Shown in pieces: positions 1 through 9,239 of a stretch of 64,000 nucleotides of DNA. Made by a program: the position numbers and the translations under genes. The first letter of the stretch is position 1, and each line of letters opens with the position of its first letter. Where the stretch lies: positions 62,001 through 126,000 of the IMG/VR virus record IMGVR_UViG_3300017963_000190; one strand, given 5' to 3'. Below the pieces are notes generated by a model, which saw only the letters and a list, made by a program, of their open reading frames with translations, made no database searches and was not told the origin of the DNA.

Positions 1-416
1 CACTCGGTGAAGGGCTTCCACTCACCTCCGTTGGGCCCACTCAGACGAAATCCCTTGACGAGCACATTAATGTACCTGCCTTCGTCTTTCGCTTTGAGTA
101 CCATACCATCCAGCTTGGCGTTGTAGTGCGCTCGTAGGCGATCCTCAATCGCCAGGATGGTAGCCAGCCGGGGGTTTTGTAGGACGAAAGTACTGAGATA
201 CGAATGCGTACGCTTGTTTTCCAGTCCAGTGACCTCGCTTTTGCAGTCTTCGCTAAGACCCTCGGTGAGGAGCTTTTTCACACGGGCTGTTATTCGAGCG
301 GTAATGCTCTCCCAGTTGAAGTCACCGCGTTTGTATTTTGCGTCTTTTGCCACCGCTAGCTTCTTGGGATGTGGCCTTACCGTGAAATCGATCACGACGA
401 ACGTTGGTTGTGGCAT
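1..416 (-). CDS. Hypothetical protein, 3'-truncated by the window edge (MPQPTFVVIDFTVRPHPKK...)
   Basis: Not in the ORF track. Manual translation from ATG 416 stays open to position 1; GGAGG Shine-Dalgarno at 422-426. Confidence 0.75.
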   Translation of the reverse strand, partial: MPQPTFVVIDFTVRPHPKKLAVAKDAKYKRGDFNWESITARITARVKKLLTEGLSEDCKSEVTGLENKRTHSYLSTFVLQNPRLATILAIEDRLRAHYNAKLDGMVLKAKDEGRYINVLVKGFRLSGPNGGEWKPFTE

Positions 417-472
417 CTTGGCCTCCGATTGCTGGTTCTGTGTACCTGTATTTTACAATACACGCTCACGAA

Positions 473-778
473 TCAGTCGGTAAGGCCAATCTCTCGCATC
501 ATCTCTTCTCGCCACGTGCTTCTGTCCTCACCTTTCTTCGCGGCTTTTTTCTTTGCCGTACCTTTTTTCTTGCTCTTGGTGGCGGCATGCCTCCCCCACA
601 AAAGTTCCCCTCGCTGTTTTGCTTGCGTGTACACCCGGCAAGCTTCTGCCACCGAGATGCGATCTGCTGATCCATTCGTTTTGACGAGGTAATATTCGTC
701 CTGCGCTTTTGTGGTAGATAGTGTTAGGCCACGCCCAGCCTTTGCCAATGGAGTAAATCCTTCTGATCTCTTACCCAT
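473..778 (-). CDS. Small basic hypothetical protein with a Lys/Ala-rich tract (possible DNA-binding)
   Basis: Track ORF 473..871; ATG 778 (MGKRSEG) overlaps the upstream stop by 8 nt and is the likelier start; KSKKKGTAKKKAAKK tract. Confidence 0.6.
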   Translation of the reverse strand: MGKRSEGFTPLAKAGRGLTLSTTKAQDEYYLVKTNGSADRISVAEACRVYTQAKQRGELLWGRHAATKSKKKGTAKKKAAKKGEDRSTWREEMMREIGLTD

Positions 779-1034
779 CTTTTTTATCCCCGTTCTTGTC
801 AATCCCGTCGCTTCGTTTGAACCTGGCCATAAGGGCTTCCCTGTTCTTCCGCAGGTGGCTCCCCTCTTCACGCCAGCGCAAATCCACTTCGTGTTTCTTG
901 TAAGGCTGCCAGGTATAAAGAGGGCATCCAGTTACTTGGCAGTCAATTCTGCCATCCACCATGTCTCCGCAGCAAATGAAGCACATGGCGCGCATGGCCT
1001 CTTTGCGTCCAGGTTTGTTTGTCTTGGTGCTCAA
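771..1034 (-). CDS. Small Cys-rich phage protein, probable Zn-binding
   Basis: CFICCG...DC...CPLY..QPY pattern; overlaps both neighbours. Confidence 0.7.
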   Translation of the reverse strand: MSTKTNKPGRKEAMRAMCFICCGDMVDGRIDCQVTGCPLYTWQPYKKHEVDLRWREEGSHLRKNREALMARFKRSDGIDKNGDKKDG

Positions 1035-1279
1035 TGCCCAAGTCCTCCGTTCACTTCCTGTGCACGTCTGCGGCCATTGCGGTCACAGAAGACGCGGATC
1101 TCCGCAACGAAGTCTTCCTCTGAAACGTCTTCGTGCAGCTCTAGTGCGATGACCTGCACGCGTGTTTCTTTTTTACCGTTGCGCTTTTTGATCACGCGTG
1201 AGCCGTGGTGCTCCAGGTTGTAGAAGCTGCCTGGCTCCAGTTGGTTTCCGTTAATAATTTCCATCCCTTTAAAAAGCAT
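1031..1279 (-). CDS. Hypothetical protein
   Basis: 82-aa ORF with AGGAG SD; 4-nt overlap with the next gene. Confidence 0.65.
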   Translation of the reverse strand: MLFKGMEIINGNQLEPGSFYNLEHHGSRVIKKRNGKKETRVQVIALELHEDVSEEDFVAEIRVFCDRNGRRRAQEVNGGLGH

Positions 1280-1287
1280 AGCTCTCC

Positions 1288-2724
1288 TTACGATACAGCA
1301 AGATGTGTTTTAGGTGTGATGATGAAGGGCGCAGCCTCGAACTCCCCTGGAGCCATCACTGCCAGCTGGGCGTTGACACGCTCTCTCAGCGTTGCCGCGG
1401 TCTGCGCCAGCCAGCGGACATCTTTCTGCTCGTAACGGTCGTGGGGGTAAAGTAGCTTGGCCAGCGCGGACGTGGTCTTCTCGATAGCAACCACATCCCG
1501 TCGGGTGGCCGCTGCAGGCATCTGCAGATCATTTATGAGATGTCGCCGGCTCCGGCCGCGTAGCTTCCCCAGCACCTGGCCAAGGTAGTCCACGATCAAC
1601 CCGTAACCGGAGCTAAGAGACCGTGGAGTGATCTTGGGGATCTCCCACCCAGGCAGGTAAGCGTGGATCCTGTCGAGAAGTGCGGTGTCCTGCACAACAG
1701 TTGGGAGCTCCTCGAAAAGATGTTTGTAGCGTGAAGCCGGGGAGCTCCCTTCGACTTCCAGGTTACCTGTCATGACCAGCGAGGCATCTGAGGAGTAGGT
1801 CTTTCCTCCGCGAGCAAATTGCCCACTCTCCAGGTAGTCCTTCAGCATGGAGATTGTCGTCACGCTATCGAATTGTGTATCCGCAATCTCATCAAGCACC
1901 ACTACCTTGAAGCTTCCGACAATGCCCAGCTCGCCGCTGGACACGTTGGCGAAAAGGGATGCGGCGGACACGTTGGCACCAGACGCAGTATAGACGCTAG
2001 GGGAGACGTTGCGCAGCAGGTAGGTTTTTCCTGTCTGGCGGGGTCCCAGCTCGATGAAATTGTAATTCGGCTCCACCGCTGGAAGTAGCCTGGCCAGGAG
2101 TAAAAACTTCATGTGGGGTGTAAGTGCCTCTGGCGCATATCCTACAGAAGTGAGCAGCACATCAATCCACTCGTCGACGGTGAACTGTGCTCGGTACTGG
2201 GCGAACTCTTCGAGGTCGGGCTCGTCTACCTGGAAAGGAAGGCATCCTGTGACAATCAGCCTGGAGGCGGATATCTTAGTCTTTTTGAGCTTTCCCCTTT
2301 TATACTCTAGTCGATACGCTCCCCACAGGCCGCCTGTGAGGAGGCGGGGGTATTTGTCGACAAGTGCTTCAAGAACCTCTACCCTGTTCTCGCCGGTGTA
2401 GGTAAGGGAGCCAACCAGCTCGCCACTACGCAGGTCTACACGAACGTTGAGTTTATCGATAACCAGCAGCTCCCCTTTCTTGAGGAGCTTGGCTTTGAGT
2501 AGCTCGCGCCGATCTGCCTCCGGCAACTTCCTGGCCACGTCCTCTCGTACACGTACCAGGTCGTCTGCCGCGGTACCTATGTTCACGTAATTGGCTACCA
2601 GATGCTCCACCACAAATTGTGGCAGCCTTGGTAATCCCGCATCCCGAACCAGTGATTTGTTGACTGCTAGGCTGCCGAATACCTGCCGAAGCTTGTGCTG
2701 TAATTGAGCGGAATTGCTGTTCAT
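1288..2724 (-). CDS. brxL: BREX BrxL-like (TIGR02688-type) MCM-related AAA+ ATPase lacking the C-terminal Lon protease domain
   Basis: N-terminal LPQFVVEHLV, LLTGGLWG, Walker A ELGPRQTGKT, Walker B VVLDEIAD, LKDYLESGQFARG, DTALLDRIHAYLPGWEIPKI. ATG 2724 has a GGAGG SD (478 aa). Confidence 0.85.
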   Translation of the reverse strand: MNSNSAQLQHKLRQVFGSLAVNKSLVRDAGLPRLPQFVVEHLVANYVNIGTAADDLVRVREDVARKLPEADRRELLKAKLLKKGELLVIDKLNVRVDLRSGELVGSLTYTGENRVEVLEALVDKYPRLLTGGLWGAYRLEYKRGKLKKTKISASRLIVTGCLPFQVDEPDLEEFAQYRAQFTVDEWIDVLLTSVGYAPEALTPHMKFLLLARLLPAVEPNYNFIELGPRQTGKTYLLRNVSPSVYTASGANVSAASLFANVSSGELGIVGSFKVVVLDEIADTQFDSVTTISMLKDYLESGQFARGGKTYSSDASLVMTGNLEVEGSSPASRYKHLFEELPTVVQDTALLDRIHAYLPGWEIPKITPRSLSSGYGLIVDYLGQVLGKLRGRSRRHLINDLQMPAAATRRDVVAIEKTTSALAKLLYPHDRYEQKDVRWLAQTAATLRERVNAQLAVMAPGEFEAAPFIITPKTHLAVS

Positions 2725-2749
2725 GTTGTACCTCCGTTCTGCTGAGCCA

Positions 2750-2778
2750 AATATAAGCTCGCTTGCCTCGTTTGTCAA
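2750..2778 (-). promoter_or_regulatory. Sigma70-type promoter driving the brxL-like gene
   Basis: TTGACA (2778-2773), 17-nt spacer, TATATT (2755-2750), in the intergenic gap. Confidence 0.8.
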
Positions 2779-2799
2779 GTGAGCGGCTTTACGGAGGGG

Positions 2800-3453
2800 C
2801 TATGGATGGGATTTAATGAGCCGTAGGAATTGGCGGAGCTTGTAGAGGTTGGGGTGTATGAGCACAATGCTGTAGGGTTTATTGTGGAGTACCCGTCTGC
2901 GTAGCAGCGACCACATCTGCTGAGGGGATTTGCGCCAGTCCCCTACGTGGTACATGACCGTAATGAGCCTGTACTGGGCGACTACGCGTTGCACGTGAGG
3001 GCACAGCACTGCGTGCGGTGGGCGCCAGAATCTTGGCCAGATCCCAAAGTATTTCTGGAATAATTGCTGGCTGAGAAATATCTCCCTGCGAGCTCTTCCT
3101 GTTGATGTGCGACACAGGTTAGCGTGGCTGATGCTATGATTTCCTATCGAGTGCCTCGCTTGGATGATAGCTTGTATCCATTTGTAGTGCTTTCGTGTAG
3201 GACGGCATGGACAGCGTTGATAGTGTAAGAGTGGGTAGCTGGGGATGAAGAACGTGCCACGTATCTGATGCTGTTTCAGAACCGCCAAAAATCGTGGCGT
3301 GATTGGCGTCGGATGGTCGTCAAAGGTCCAGCAGATCGTGTGCGCTCTAGTGAGTATCGTGTGCTGCTGGCACGGAAGATTTTTAGGTGGAGCGGATTTT
3401 GTATAGAGAGGGGAAGCGAGTGCTGCGAGGGCCACTAGCGTTACAGGTACCAC
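2800..3453 (-). CDS. Polysaccharide/peptidoglycan deacetylase (NodB/CE4 family), with a possible signal peptide
   Basis: TFDD, GTFFI, GNHSISH, WRPPH and IVLIH motifs; hydrophobic N-terminus. Confidence 0.85.
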   Translation of the reverse strand: MVPVTLVALAALASPLYTKSAPPKNLPCQQHTILTRAHTICWTFDDHPTPITPRFLAVLKQHQIRGTFFIPSYPLLHYQRCPCRPTRKHYKWIQAIIQARHSIGNHSISHANLCRTSTGRARREIFLSQQLFQKYFGIWPRFWRPPHAVLCPHVQRVVAQYRLITVMYHVGDWRKSPQQMWSLLRRRVLHNKPYSIVLIHPNLYKLRQFLRLIKSHP

Positions 3454-4097
3454 AGCCTTACTCTAATGGCGTGAGCAACGGCGCCGCAGGTGTTTCCTCT
3501 GTGGAGTCATCCTCCGTGGACTCTACTCCGTAGTATTTGCCAGGGTTTCTGCGGTGCATTGGGGTTTGGGAAGCTACTTGTGCGTGGTTCGCCAAGACGC
3601 GCAAGATATAGCGGTAGAGTCCCATCTTGCGTCCACTTTTCTGGTTGGCATGCTTGGACGCTTCTGTTTTTAGTTTTCGGTGGAGCGAGCGTGGCATATG
3701 CAGCTGGACGATGACCGTGTCTTCGTCGCTCTCATCGTCGATGTTAGGTACATACTCCGTCATCGCTTTTGAAATGATATTGGCTAGCTCTACCAGCCGT
3801 TGCCTTCCAGAAGGAGAAAGATTCTGCGCTGTCTGGTATTGGTACGCTAGGTCAGAGGCCAAGCCCTTTTTGTCGCTGCGTATGAAGTGCGCGAGTCGGT
3901 GAATGACGTCGTGGCAGGATCCACACAGCCACACGAGATTCTCTGGATCATCCGGAGATCCACCGAAGCCTTTCGGATGCTTATGATGCTCGTGGAGGAG
4001 TCGAACATCTACTGGAATCCCGCGGTGAATGTAACACACCGCGTTTTTGATTTGGTCAGCGGCCATAATACTCACCAGTAATTTTGTATAGAGAGGG
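3396..4097. repeat. Exact 17-bp direct repeat ATTTTGTATAGAGAGGG flanking the HNH gene
   Basis: Copies at 3396-3412 and 4081-4097. Confidence 0.9.
3458..4066 (-). CDS. HNH endonuclease domain plus C-terminal ribbon-helix-helix-like domain
   Basis: HEHHKHPKGFGGSPDDPENLVWLCGSCHDVIH (HNH); VIVQLHMPRSLHRKLKTEAS (RHH-like). Likely start ATG 4066. Confidence 0.75.
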   Translation of the reverse strand: MAADQIKNAVCYIHRGIPVDVRLLHEHHKHPKGFGGSPDDPENLVWLCGSCHDVIHRLAHFIRSDKKGLASDLAYQYQTAQNLSPSGRQRLVELANIISKAMTEYVPNIDDESDEDTVIVQLHMPRSLHRKLKTEASKHANQKSGRKMGLYRYILRVLANHAQVASQTPMHRRNPGKYYGVESTEDDSTEETPAAPLLTPLE

Positions 4098-4328
4098 TTA
4101 GCGAATGCGCACCGCTCCTCTATATAACAGTTTTTGAAGATTCCTGGAACGCCTGATGAGGTGCGGTTCAGTATGCTTGGGTACAAGTTCCATGTCTTCG
4201 TGTGCTGGAATTAACACACGGCGTTCCCCTCCATCAGGCAGCGGGACGTAGATTACAACGCTTCCAGCGTGTGGATTGTGGGCTACGACTTTTCCCTGCG
4301 CTACCGCTTTTGCTAGTTTTTGGCTCAT
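4098..4328 (-). CDS. Small hypothetical, probably virion-associated protein
   Basis: 4-nt overlap with the tape measure stop; resembles the N-termini of three fibre-region genes (see findings). Confidence 0.65.
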   Translation of the reverse strand: MSQKLAKAVAQGKVVAHNPHAGSVVIYVPLPDGGERRVLIPAHEDMELVPKHTEPHLIRRSRNLQKLLYRGAVRIR

Positions 4329-7300
4329 CCGGCTCCTCCTTTGCTCGCGTTGGTGTTACGCATTTTTCCTTTTGCCAGCTCATTTGCAGTGGCCGCGGCG
4401 TCGTGCGCTTTATCTATTTTGAACTCTGTTGTTTGTGTGAGTTGGTAAGTCATAGTTCCTGTATTGGCATCGTATTTACCTCGCTGCGCCATGCCTCCTA
4501 CAGGCTGATCTCCCCCGGCTACAGTTATATTTGGTGCAGCTGCCGCCGCCTGCTTCTCTTTTTCTTTCTGTAAGTAAGCTGCGGCCACTTCACCGTGCCC
4601 GATCCCAAGCCCCTTTTTAAGCCGTTCTTGTCTAACAGCTTCCCACTTGGCAGCTTCGGCCCCTTTGAGCGCCCCTCCGACACCAGCACCGTGAGCTCCG
4701 CTTTGCCTTATAGCTAGCTGCCATTTATCGACGAGCTCCGGAGTCAGTTTCCTGGCTTCTGCTATATCGATCCCTGCTGCTTTCATCTGCGCGGCGAAAA
4801 TGGTTCCTTGTGTCTTTCCTAATATGCCGCCTTTTGGATCCCCTTTACCAGACAAAAGCCGTTGGAGGACTGTCTTACCTCCACGATATTTGTACAGTCT
4901 GGTAGAGCGGCGGATGAGCTCATCCATAATCGCTTTTGTACGCTCTTTGGGATCTTTTATCTTTGCGTACTGCGACATGTCCATGCCCTTCATCTCTTGC
5001 ATGACGTCGGAGTACTGCCCGGCTTGCGTACCAGCTATTGATTTTCTTACCCCCTCTGTGTAGAGGTCTACCTGCCGTTTGTATTTCTTTGTGAATTTTT
5101 TGGCATCCGCTAAGCGAGCTTTATCTTGCTCTGTCATCAAGCTCGGCCACTTCTTGGACTTTTCGATGATGCGGACGTAGTCCCTGTACGCGTTGATCTC
5201 TCGTTTTGTAAGTTGTGACCTGCGGGTAACCCGAGTGCGCTGGATCTCAGCTAGAATTTTCTCTTGCTTCTTGGAGCGTTTATACCCTAGCAGGCTCATA
5301 GCTCCGCTAGCTAGAGTGCTCCCAATATACGCTGCTGGGAGCATAGCTGCAGACGCAGCCCCAGCGGCAAAGCCTTTTATCCCACCCTTACCAGAAATTC
5401 CCGCTTTAATATTGCCCATCAGACCTTTAGTAACCATTCCTTCAGCTACCATAGTCTGGAAGCGTTCCATTCCTTTTGTTTTGCCTAAAGTCCTCTTTTC
5501 GCCCTCGCCTAACCCTCTCTCGGCAAGAGCGCCAGTGAGCTCACCAGCTAGATTAACTCCAGATACCTCTGCAGCGGTTTTCCCTACAGCCGACGAGATG
5601 CCTTTGACATCAGTGATGCCTTTAATCTTTTTGAATTCGCCGATCGCGTAGGGAATGGCAGCAGCCACGGCAAGCGGGAGTGCGACCTTTCCTACAACAG
5701 CCCCAGCACCGCGGAGGGCCATACCAGCGCCCCTTCCTGCTTTACCTAGCATAGATGCGGCACGCGCTCCCTTTGTCATCGGCGCCGCTTTCGATATTTG
5801 TAACGTTCGCACGCCTCTTGAAGACACTCCTGCCGTCGCGGTGTATCCTTTTGGCAGGCGACCTCTTCCACGTATTCTTCTGAAGAGGCCTCTTAGTCTA
5901 CCTGCTCGTCCTCTGCCTCTACGCCCTCCGCCAAGGAGGTCCATGATGCCGCCGCCTCTGCTCAAGGCCATTCTACCAACAGCAGCCAGTATCCCAACAA
6001 GCAGACCCTTCAGGGTGTACTTCAACCAGTTCTTGATGCTTTCTATGGTCTCGTAGGTTTTTAAGGCAATCTTGTATTTTAGGTCGGTGGGTTTCTGCCC
6101 CTTTGAAACCATATCAGTAAGCTTTTTCTGCCAATTGGTGGATTCTTTCGCTGCATCACCAGTCTTCTCAGAAGACTCGTTTATGGACTCGTAGAATTCT
6201 CCTCCCTTACCAACAGACTCCAGCATTTTCGACGCAAGAAATCTATTCCCACCTGTATATTCAGCTACCATCTCAAGGCTGACGGCGCCCTTTCCAACCC
6301 CTTCCTGCATCTTCTGCAGTACCATCTGCATGAGCTTGGAGTCGCCTTTGGCCGCGTCCAGAAGCATTGATAGAGCTTGAGGGCTTTCCATCCCAATCTT
6401 CATGCCCTGTATGGATTTCATGGCGGAGCGTAGTCTTACTTGTGTGCTCTCCGAAAACCTACTCATGTTCGCTACTATTTCTTGCGCTGCTTGCACAGAG
6501 AACAGGCTTTTGAGTTTACCGCTTGACAGGTCCTCCATCATTTTAGCCATACCTTGGGAGGTAACTCGCATCTCTTTTGTGGTGAACCCAGCCGCTTTCA
6601 TTCGAGTAAGAAGCGGTACGAGCGCTTTAGCATACGCGCCTACATCTAGAGCTCCGGTTTCAAAAGTATCATTGGCTTGCCTAATAATTTTCAGGAAATC
6701 CTCTTTCATGATATTGCCGGTCTTAAGGGCGCGTTCTCCCATATCCTTAAGTTTCTGCGTGTATGTATCGAGCGCGCCGGCCACAAGAAAGGTTTCCTTC
6801 TGCGTCTCCTTCAAAGTTTTGTTGCTGGACTCAAGGCGGTTACGCATAAAATCGGCGGCGGTCGCTGTATCAGTACCAAACACTTTAGCTAGAACCACCG
6901 TGTCCTTCATCAATCCTTTGGTGGTTCCCTGCATATCTTTGTACGCACCAATCTGCGTTGCGAAGTTTGACAGCACTGCTTTCTGTGCTGCCTCTGCCTC
7001 CTCCTTACTAATGTGCAGCTGTCTAATAAGCGTGGCTTGGTAACGATTCGCCGAGTTCACTGTGTCGACATACTTTTGTAGATTCGCGCTGGCCTTTCCA
7101 ATCGAGGCAGAGGTAGTCAGCATCGCTTTGGAGTGGAGCTCCTGCCCAGCACGTAATTCCTTGAGAAGGCGGTTGTACTGTGCTCCCACACCGATCAGTT
7201 TTAGTAGGTCACCAGCAAAGTTTCTGGTAGCTTGACCAGCATCGCTGATCATCTTGTTTACAGTAAGGTTTTGCTGCGCAAATTCCCTGAATTTCTCCTT

Positions 7301-7534
7301 TTGCTCTTTCAGTGCGTCACTTAAACTGTGGACAGATTTCGTTGCTTCCTTACTGGCCCTATCAAAATTCTGGTAGTTTTCTATGGCTGGTGCCATAGCG
7401 TTGGACAGCTGACGAGTTTCTTTGTACGCCTCTGTCTGCGCAGTTGTAAAGTCATCGGTGGCTTTCTCTGCGCTCTTGGCAGCTTTTTCTAGTTTCCCTA
7501 AATCGCCAAATAGGGTTTTGCCGTCGTCAGCCAT
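4325..7534 (-). CDS. Tail tape measure protein
   Basis: 1069 aa, Ala/Lys/Gly-rich, helical/coiled-coil character with central hydrophobic segments; directly downstream of the frameshifted chaperone. Confidence 0.75.
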   Translation of the reverse strand: MADDGKTLFGDLGKLEKAAKSAEKATDDFTTAQTEAYKETRQLSNAMAPAIENYQNFDRASKEATKSVHSLSDALKEQKEKFREFAQQNLTVNKMISDAGQATRNFAGDLLKLIGVGAQYNRLLKELRAGQELHSKAMLTTSASIGKASANLQKYVDTVNSANRYQATLIRQLHISKEEAEAAQKAVLSNFATQIGAYKDMQGTTKGLMKDTVVLAKVFGTDTATAADFMRNRLESSNKTLKETQKETFLVAGALDTYTQKLKDMGERALKTGNIMKEDFLKIIRQANDTFETGALDVGAYAKALVPLLTRMKAAGFTTKEMRVTSQGMAKMMEDLSSGKLKSLFSVQAAQEIVANMSRFSESTQVRLRSAMKSIQGMKIGMESPQALSMLLDAAKGDSKLMQMVLQKMQEGVGKGAVSLEMVAEYTGGNRFLASKMLESVGKGGEFYESINESSEKTGDAAKESTNWQKKLTDMVSKGQKPTDLKYKIALKTYETIESIKNWLKYTLKGLLVGILAAVGRMALSRGGGIMDLLGGGRRGRGRAGRLRGLFRRIRGRGRLPKGYTATAGVSSRGVRTLQISKAAPMTKGARAASMLGKAGRGAGMALRGAGAVVGKVALPLAVAAAIPYAIGEFKKIKGITDVKGISSAVGKTAAEVSGVNLAGELTGALAERGLGEGEKRTLGKTKGMERFQTMVAEGMVTKGLMGNIKAGISGKGGIKGFAAGAASAAMLPAAYIGSTLASGAMSLLGYKRSKKQEKILAEIQRTRVTRRSQLTKREINAYRDYVRIIEKSKKWPSLMTEQDKARLADAKKFTKKYKRQVDLYTEGVRKSIAGTQAGQYSDVMQEMKGMDMSQYAKIKDPKERTKAIMDELIRRSTRLYKYRGGKTVLQRLLSGKGDPKGGILGKTQGTIFAAQMKAAGIDIAEARKLTPELVDKWQLAIRQSGAHGAGVGGALKGAEAAKWEAVRQERLKKGLGIGHGEVAAAYLQKEKEKQAAAAAPNITVAGGDQPVGGMAQRGKYDANTGTMTYQLTQTTEFKIDKAHDAAATANELAKGKMRNTNASKGGAG

Positions 7535-7581
7535 GGACTGTAATCCTTATATGTGCGTACCTCTTCACTCTAATAATATCG

Positions 7582-8061
7582 CTATGTTCTGCCTACCACT
7601 TTTGGTCTCACGAAAGCACGCACAAAGTTAAGGAAGTGATCTTTGTCGGACTCATACAGGTCTACAAACTCAGAGGTAGCGGCCCACTTCGGTGGAAGGA
7701 TACCTAGCTTGCGCCCGAAGGTTGACTTAAGCATCTCCTGAATCTCAGGGGCTAGTGTCATTGCTAAAGGCAGTCTAATTATATCCGGCGTCTCGCGTTC
7801 GGTGGTTTTCTTCTCCGACTCTACCATTTGGGCATGGTAGTCTGCTTTCTCCCAAACAATACCCAGGTCTTTGACAAGCCGGTTGTACTGATCCTCCTGA
7901 ACCTTGGTTTGCCAGAAGTCCATGAAAAAGAGCGCGGGTAGATTATGGAAAAGCATCCGCGCCCTAGGTTCTACAGGCAAGACCCCAGCTCGCGCTATTA
8001 CTCGTCCCCAGATTGCGAGGTGGGCGTCTCCTTCTGTTCTTGGGACGGTCTCGCTAAAGGG
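7582..8061 (-). CDS. Tail assembly chaperone 'T' segment, reached by a -1 frameshift
   Basis: The frame of track ORF 7582..7980 is open back to the slippery heptamer at 8061; the track's start is only a TTG. Confidence 0.7.
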   Translation of the reverse strand, partial: PFSETVPRTEGDAHLAIWGRVIARAGVLPVEPRARMLFHNLPALFFMDFWQTKVQEDQYNRLVKDLGIVWEKADYHAQMVESEKKTTERETPDIIRLPLAMTLAPEIQEMLKSTFGRKLGILPPKWAATSEFVDLYESDKDHFLNFVRAFVRPKVVGRT

Positions 8062-9239
8062 TAGAGCTCCTCCTTGTCCATACGACGATCTTTCATCGTC
8101 CTGTTTTTTAGTTCTAGGAGTGTAGCTAGCTCTTCGTACGCACCGAACTTTTCTTCTAGCATTTCATAGAATACGTCGGCGCACTTGATCCGAAGATCTG
8201 AGGGGATATCAAATGGGTCATGCTTGGTACCGCAATGCTCGCAGAGCTTGCTCTCGACTTGTATCTCTGAGCCACATTCACAGAATTTCCTGTAGAGGGC
8301 CACGTTGATAGTAACAGTCTTCTCAGGATTTCCGCCTTCCTCAACGTCCGCTTCGGATACCTTGTATTCAGCGTCCATAGGAATGCCTAGTGCTTCGTAT
8401 ATTGGCACACCATCAAGGCCGACAAGGCCAGCGGAGATCATCAGTGGCGCGATGTTAAACCCGTCATCCTCCAAGTTATCCGCGATCCAACGGTCCATGC
8501 GCATAGTATTGGGGGCAAACATCCAGGTGGTTCCGGCCCACTCTATGCTCTCAGGCTTGATTCTCTCTAAACCAAGGTTGGCCATCAGCTTTTTCAATGC
8601 TGGGTGGCGCCCTTTTGTTTTGGGTGTTCTTTCTACCTTGACGCCATTGGTCAAGCTGTCGATCATACGCCGCGCTTGCTCAGCTGCCGCGTAGTCTCCC
8701 TTGTCTCGCGCCCCGTGTTCTTGTTGCAGGAGATACTCCAAGGCGGCGCTGGATTGCGTCATCCTGTATTCGCGTGCCTCTGGACTATCTCCTGGGTGGG
8801 CTGCAAAGGGTGATGGGTTCTCTTGTACTGGAGGTGGGGCGGTTTGTTGCATCCTATTTGTCGTTGGAGCTTGGGCGTTGAACATTCCGGACATCATCTG
8901 CTCAGCCTTGTTTCTGGCAGATGGATCCTGCGCTGGGGCCTGCTGAGTACGCAAATCCTCAGTTTTTGGGGCTCCTCCTTCAACACTAGGGTCCCCAAAC
9001 ATGGGCGTATCTCCAGCGTGCATGCGGTGCGCCTTTTCCAAGTCCGCTGGAGATACCGGACGTACTCTACGGCCGTGCAATTCCCTGGGAGCTCCTTCGG
9101 GAACAAATCCACTTGGGTCGTCGGCGATGGGGCCACCATCCTCCGGGATTCCTAGATCTTGCCCATCTTTAGGGGCTGGTGCTTTACCTAGATTTGGTGC
9201 TGGTTGCTGCGGAGGCTCTCGGCGCCTTTGGGTTCCCAT
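7998..9239 (-). CDS. Tail assembly chaperone 'G' with a Pro/Gln-rich N-terminus and a Zn-ribbon insert
   Basis: Lies between tube and tape measure; slippery site near the 3' end; CECG...CEHCG. Confidence 0.65.
   Translation of the reverse strand: MGTQRRREPPQQPAPNLGKAPAPKDGQDLGIPEDGGPIADDPSGFVPEGAPRELHGRRVRPVSPADLEKAHRMHAGDTPMFGDPSVEGGAPKTEDLRTQQAPAQDPSARNKAEQMMSGMFNAQAPTTNRMQQTAPPPVQENPSPFAAHPGDSPEAREYRMTQSSAALEYLLQQEHGARDKGDYAAAEQARRMIDSLTNGVKVERTPKTKGRHPALKKLMANLGLERIKPESIEWAGTTWMFAPNTMRMDRWIADNLEDDGFNIAPLMISAGLVGLDGVPIYEALGIPMDAEYKVSEADVEEGGNPEKTVTINVALYRKFCECGSEIQVESKLCEHCGTKHDPFDIPSDLRIKCADVFYEMLEEKFGAYEELATLLELKNRTMKDRRMDKEELYPLARPSQEQKETPTSQSGDE
8055..8075 (-). promoter_or_regulatory. 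Programmed -1 ribosomal frameshift site (C CCT TTA) with an upstream SD-like element
   Basis: X XXY YYZ heptamer at 8061-8055 in the correct phase; AAGGAGGAG at 8075-8067. Confidence 0.75.

Noticed and set aside
1-4186. Complete BREX defence island
   Set aside because: Only brxL is recognisable; neighbours are small phage-type genes, a deacetylase and an HNH.
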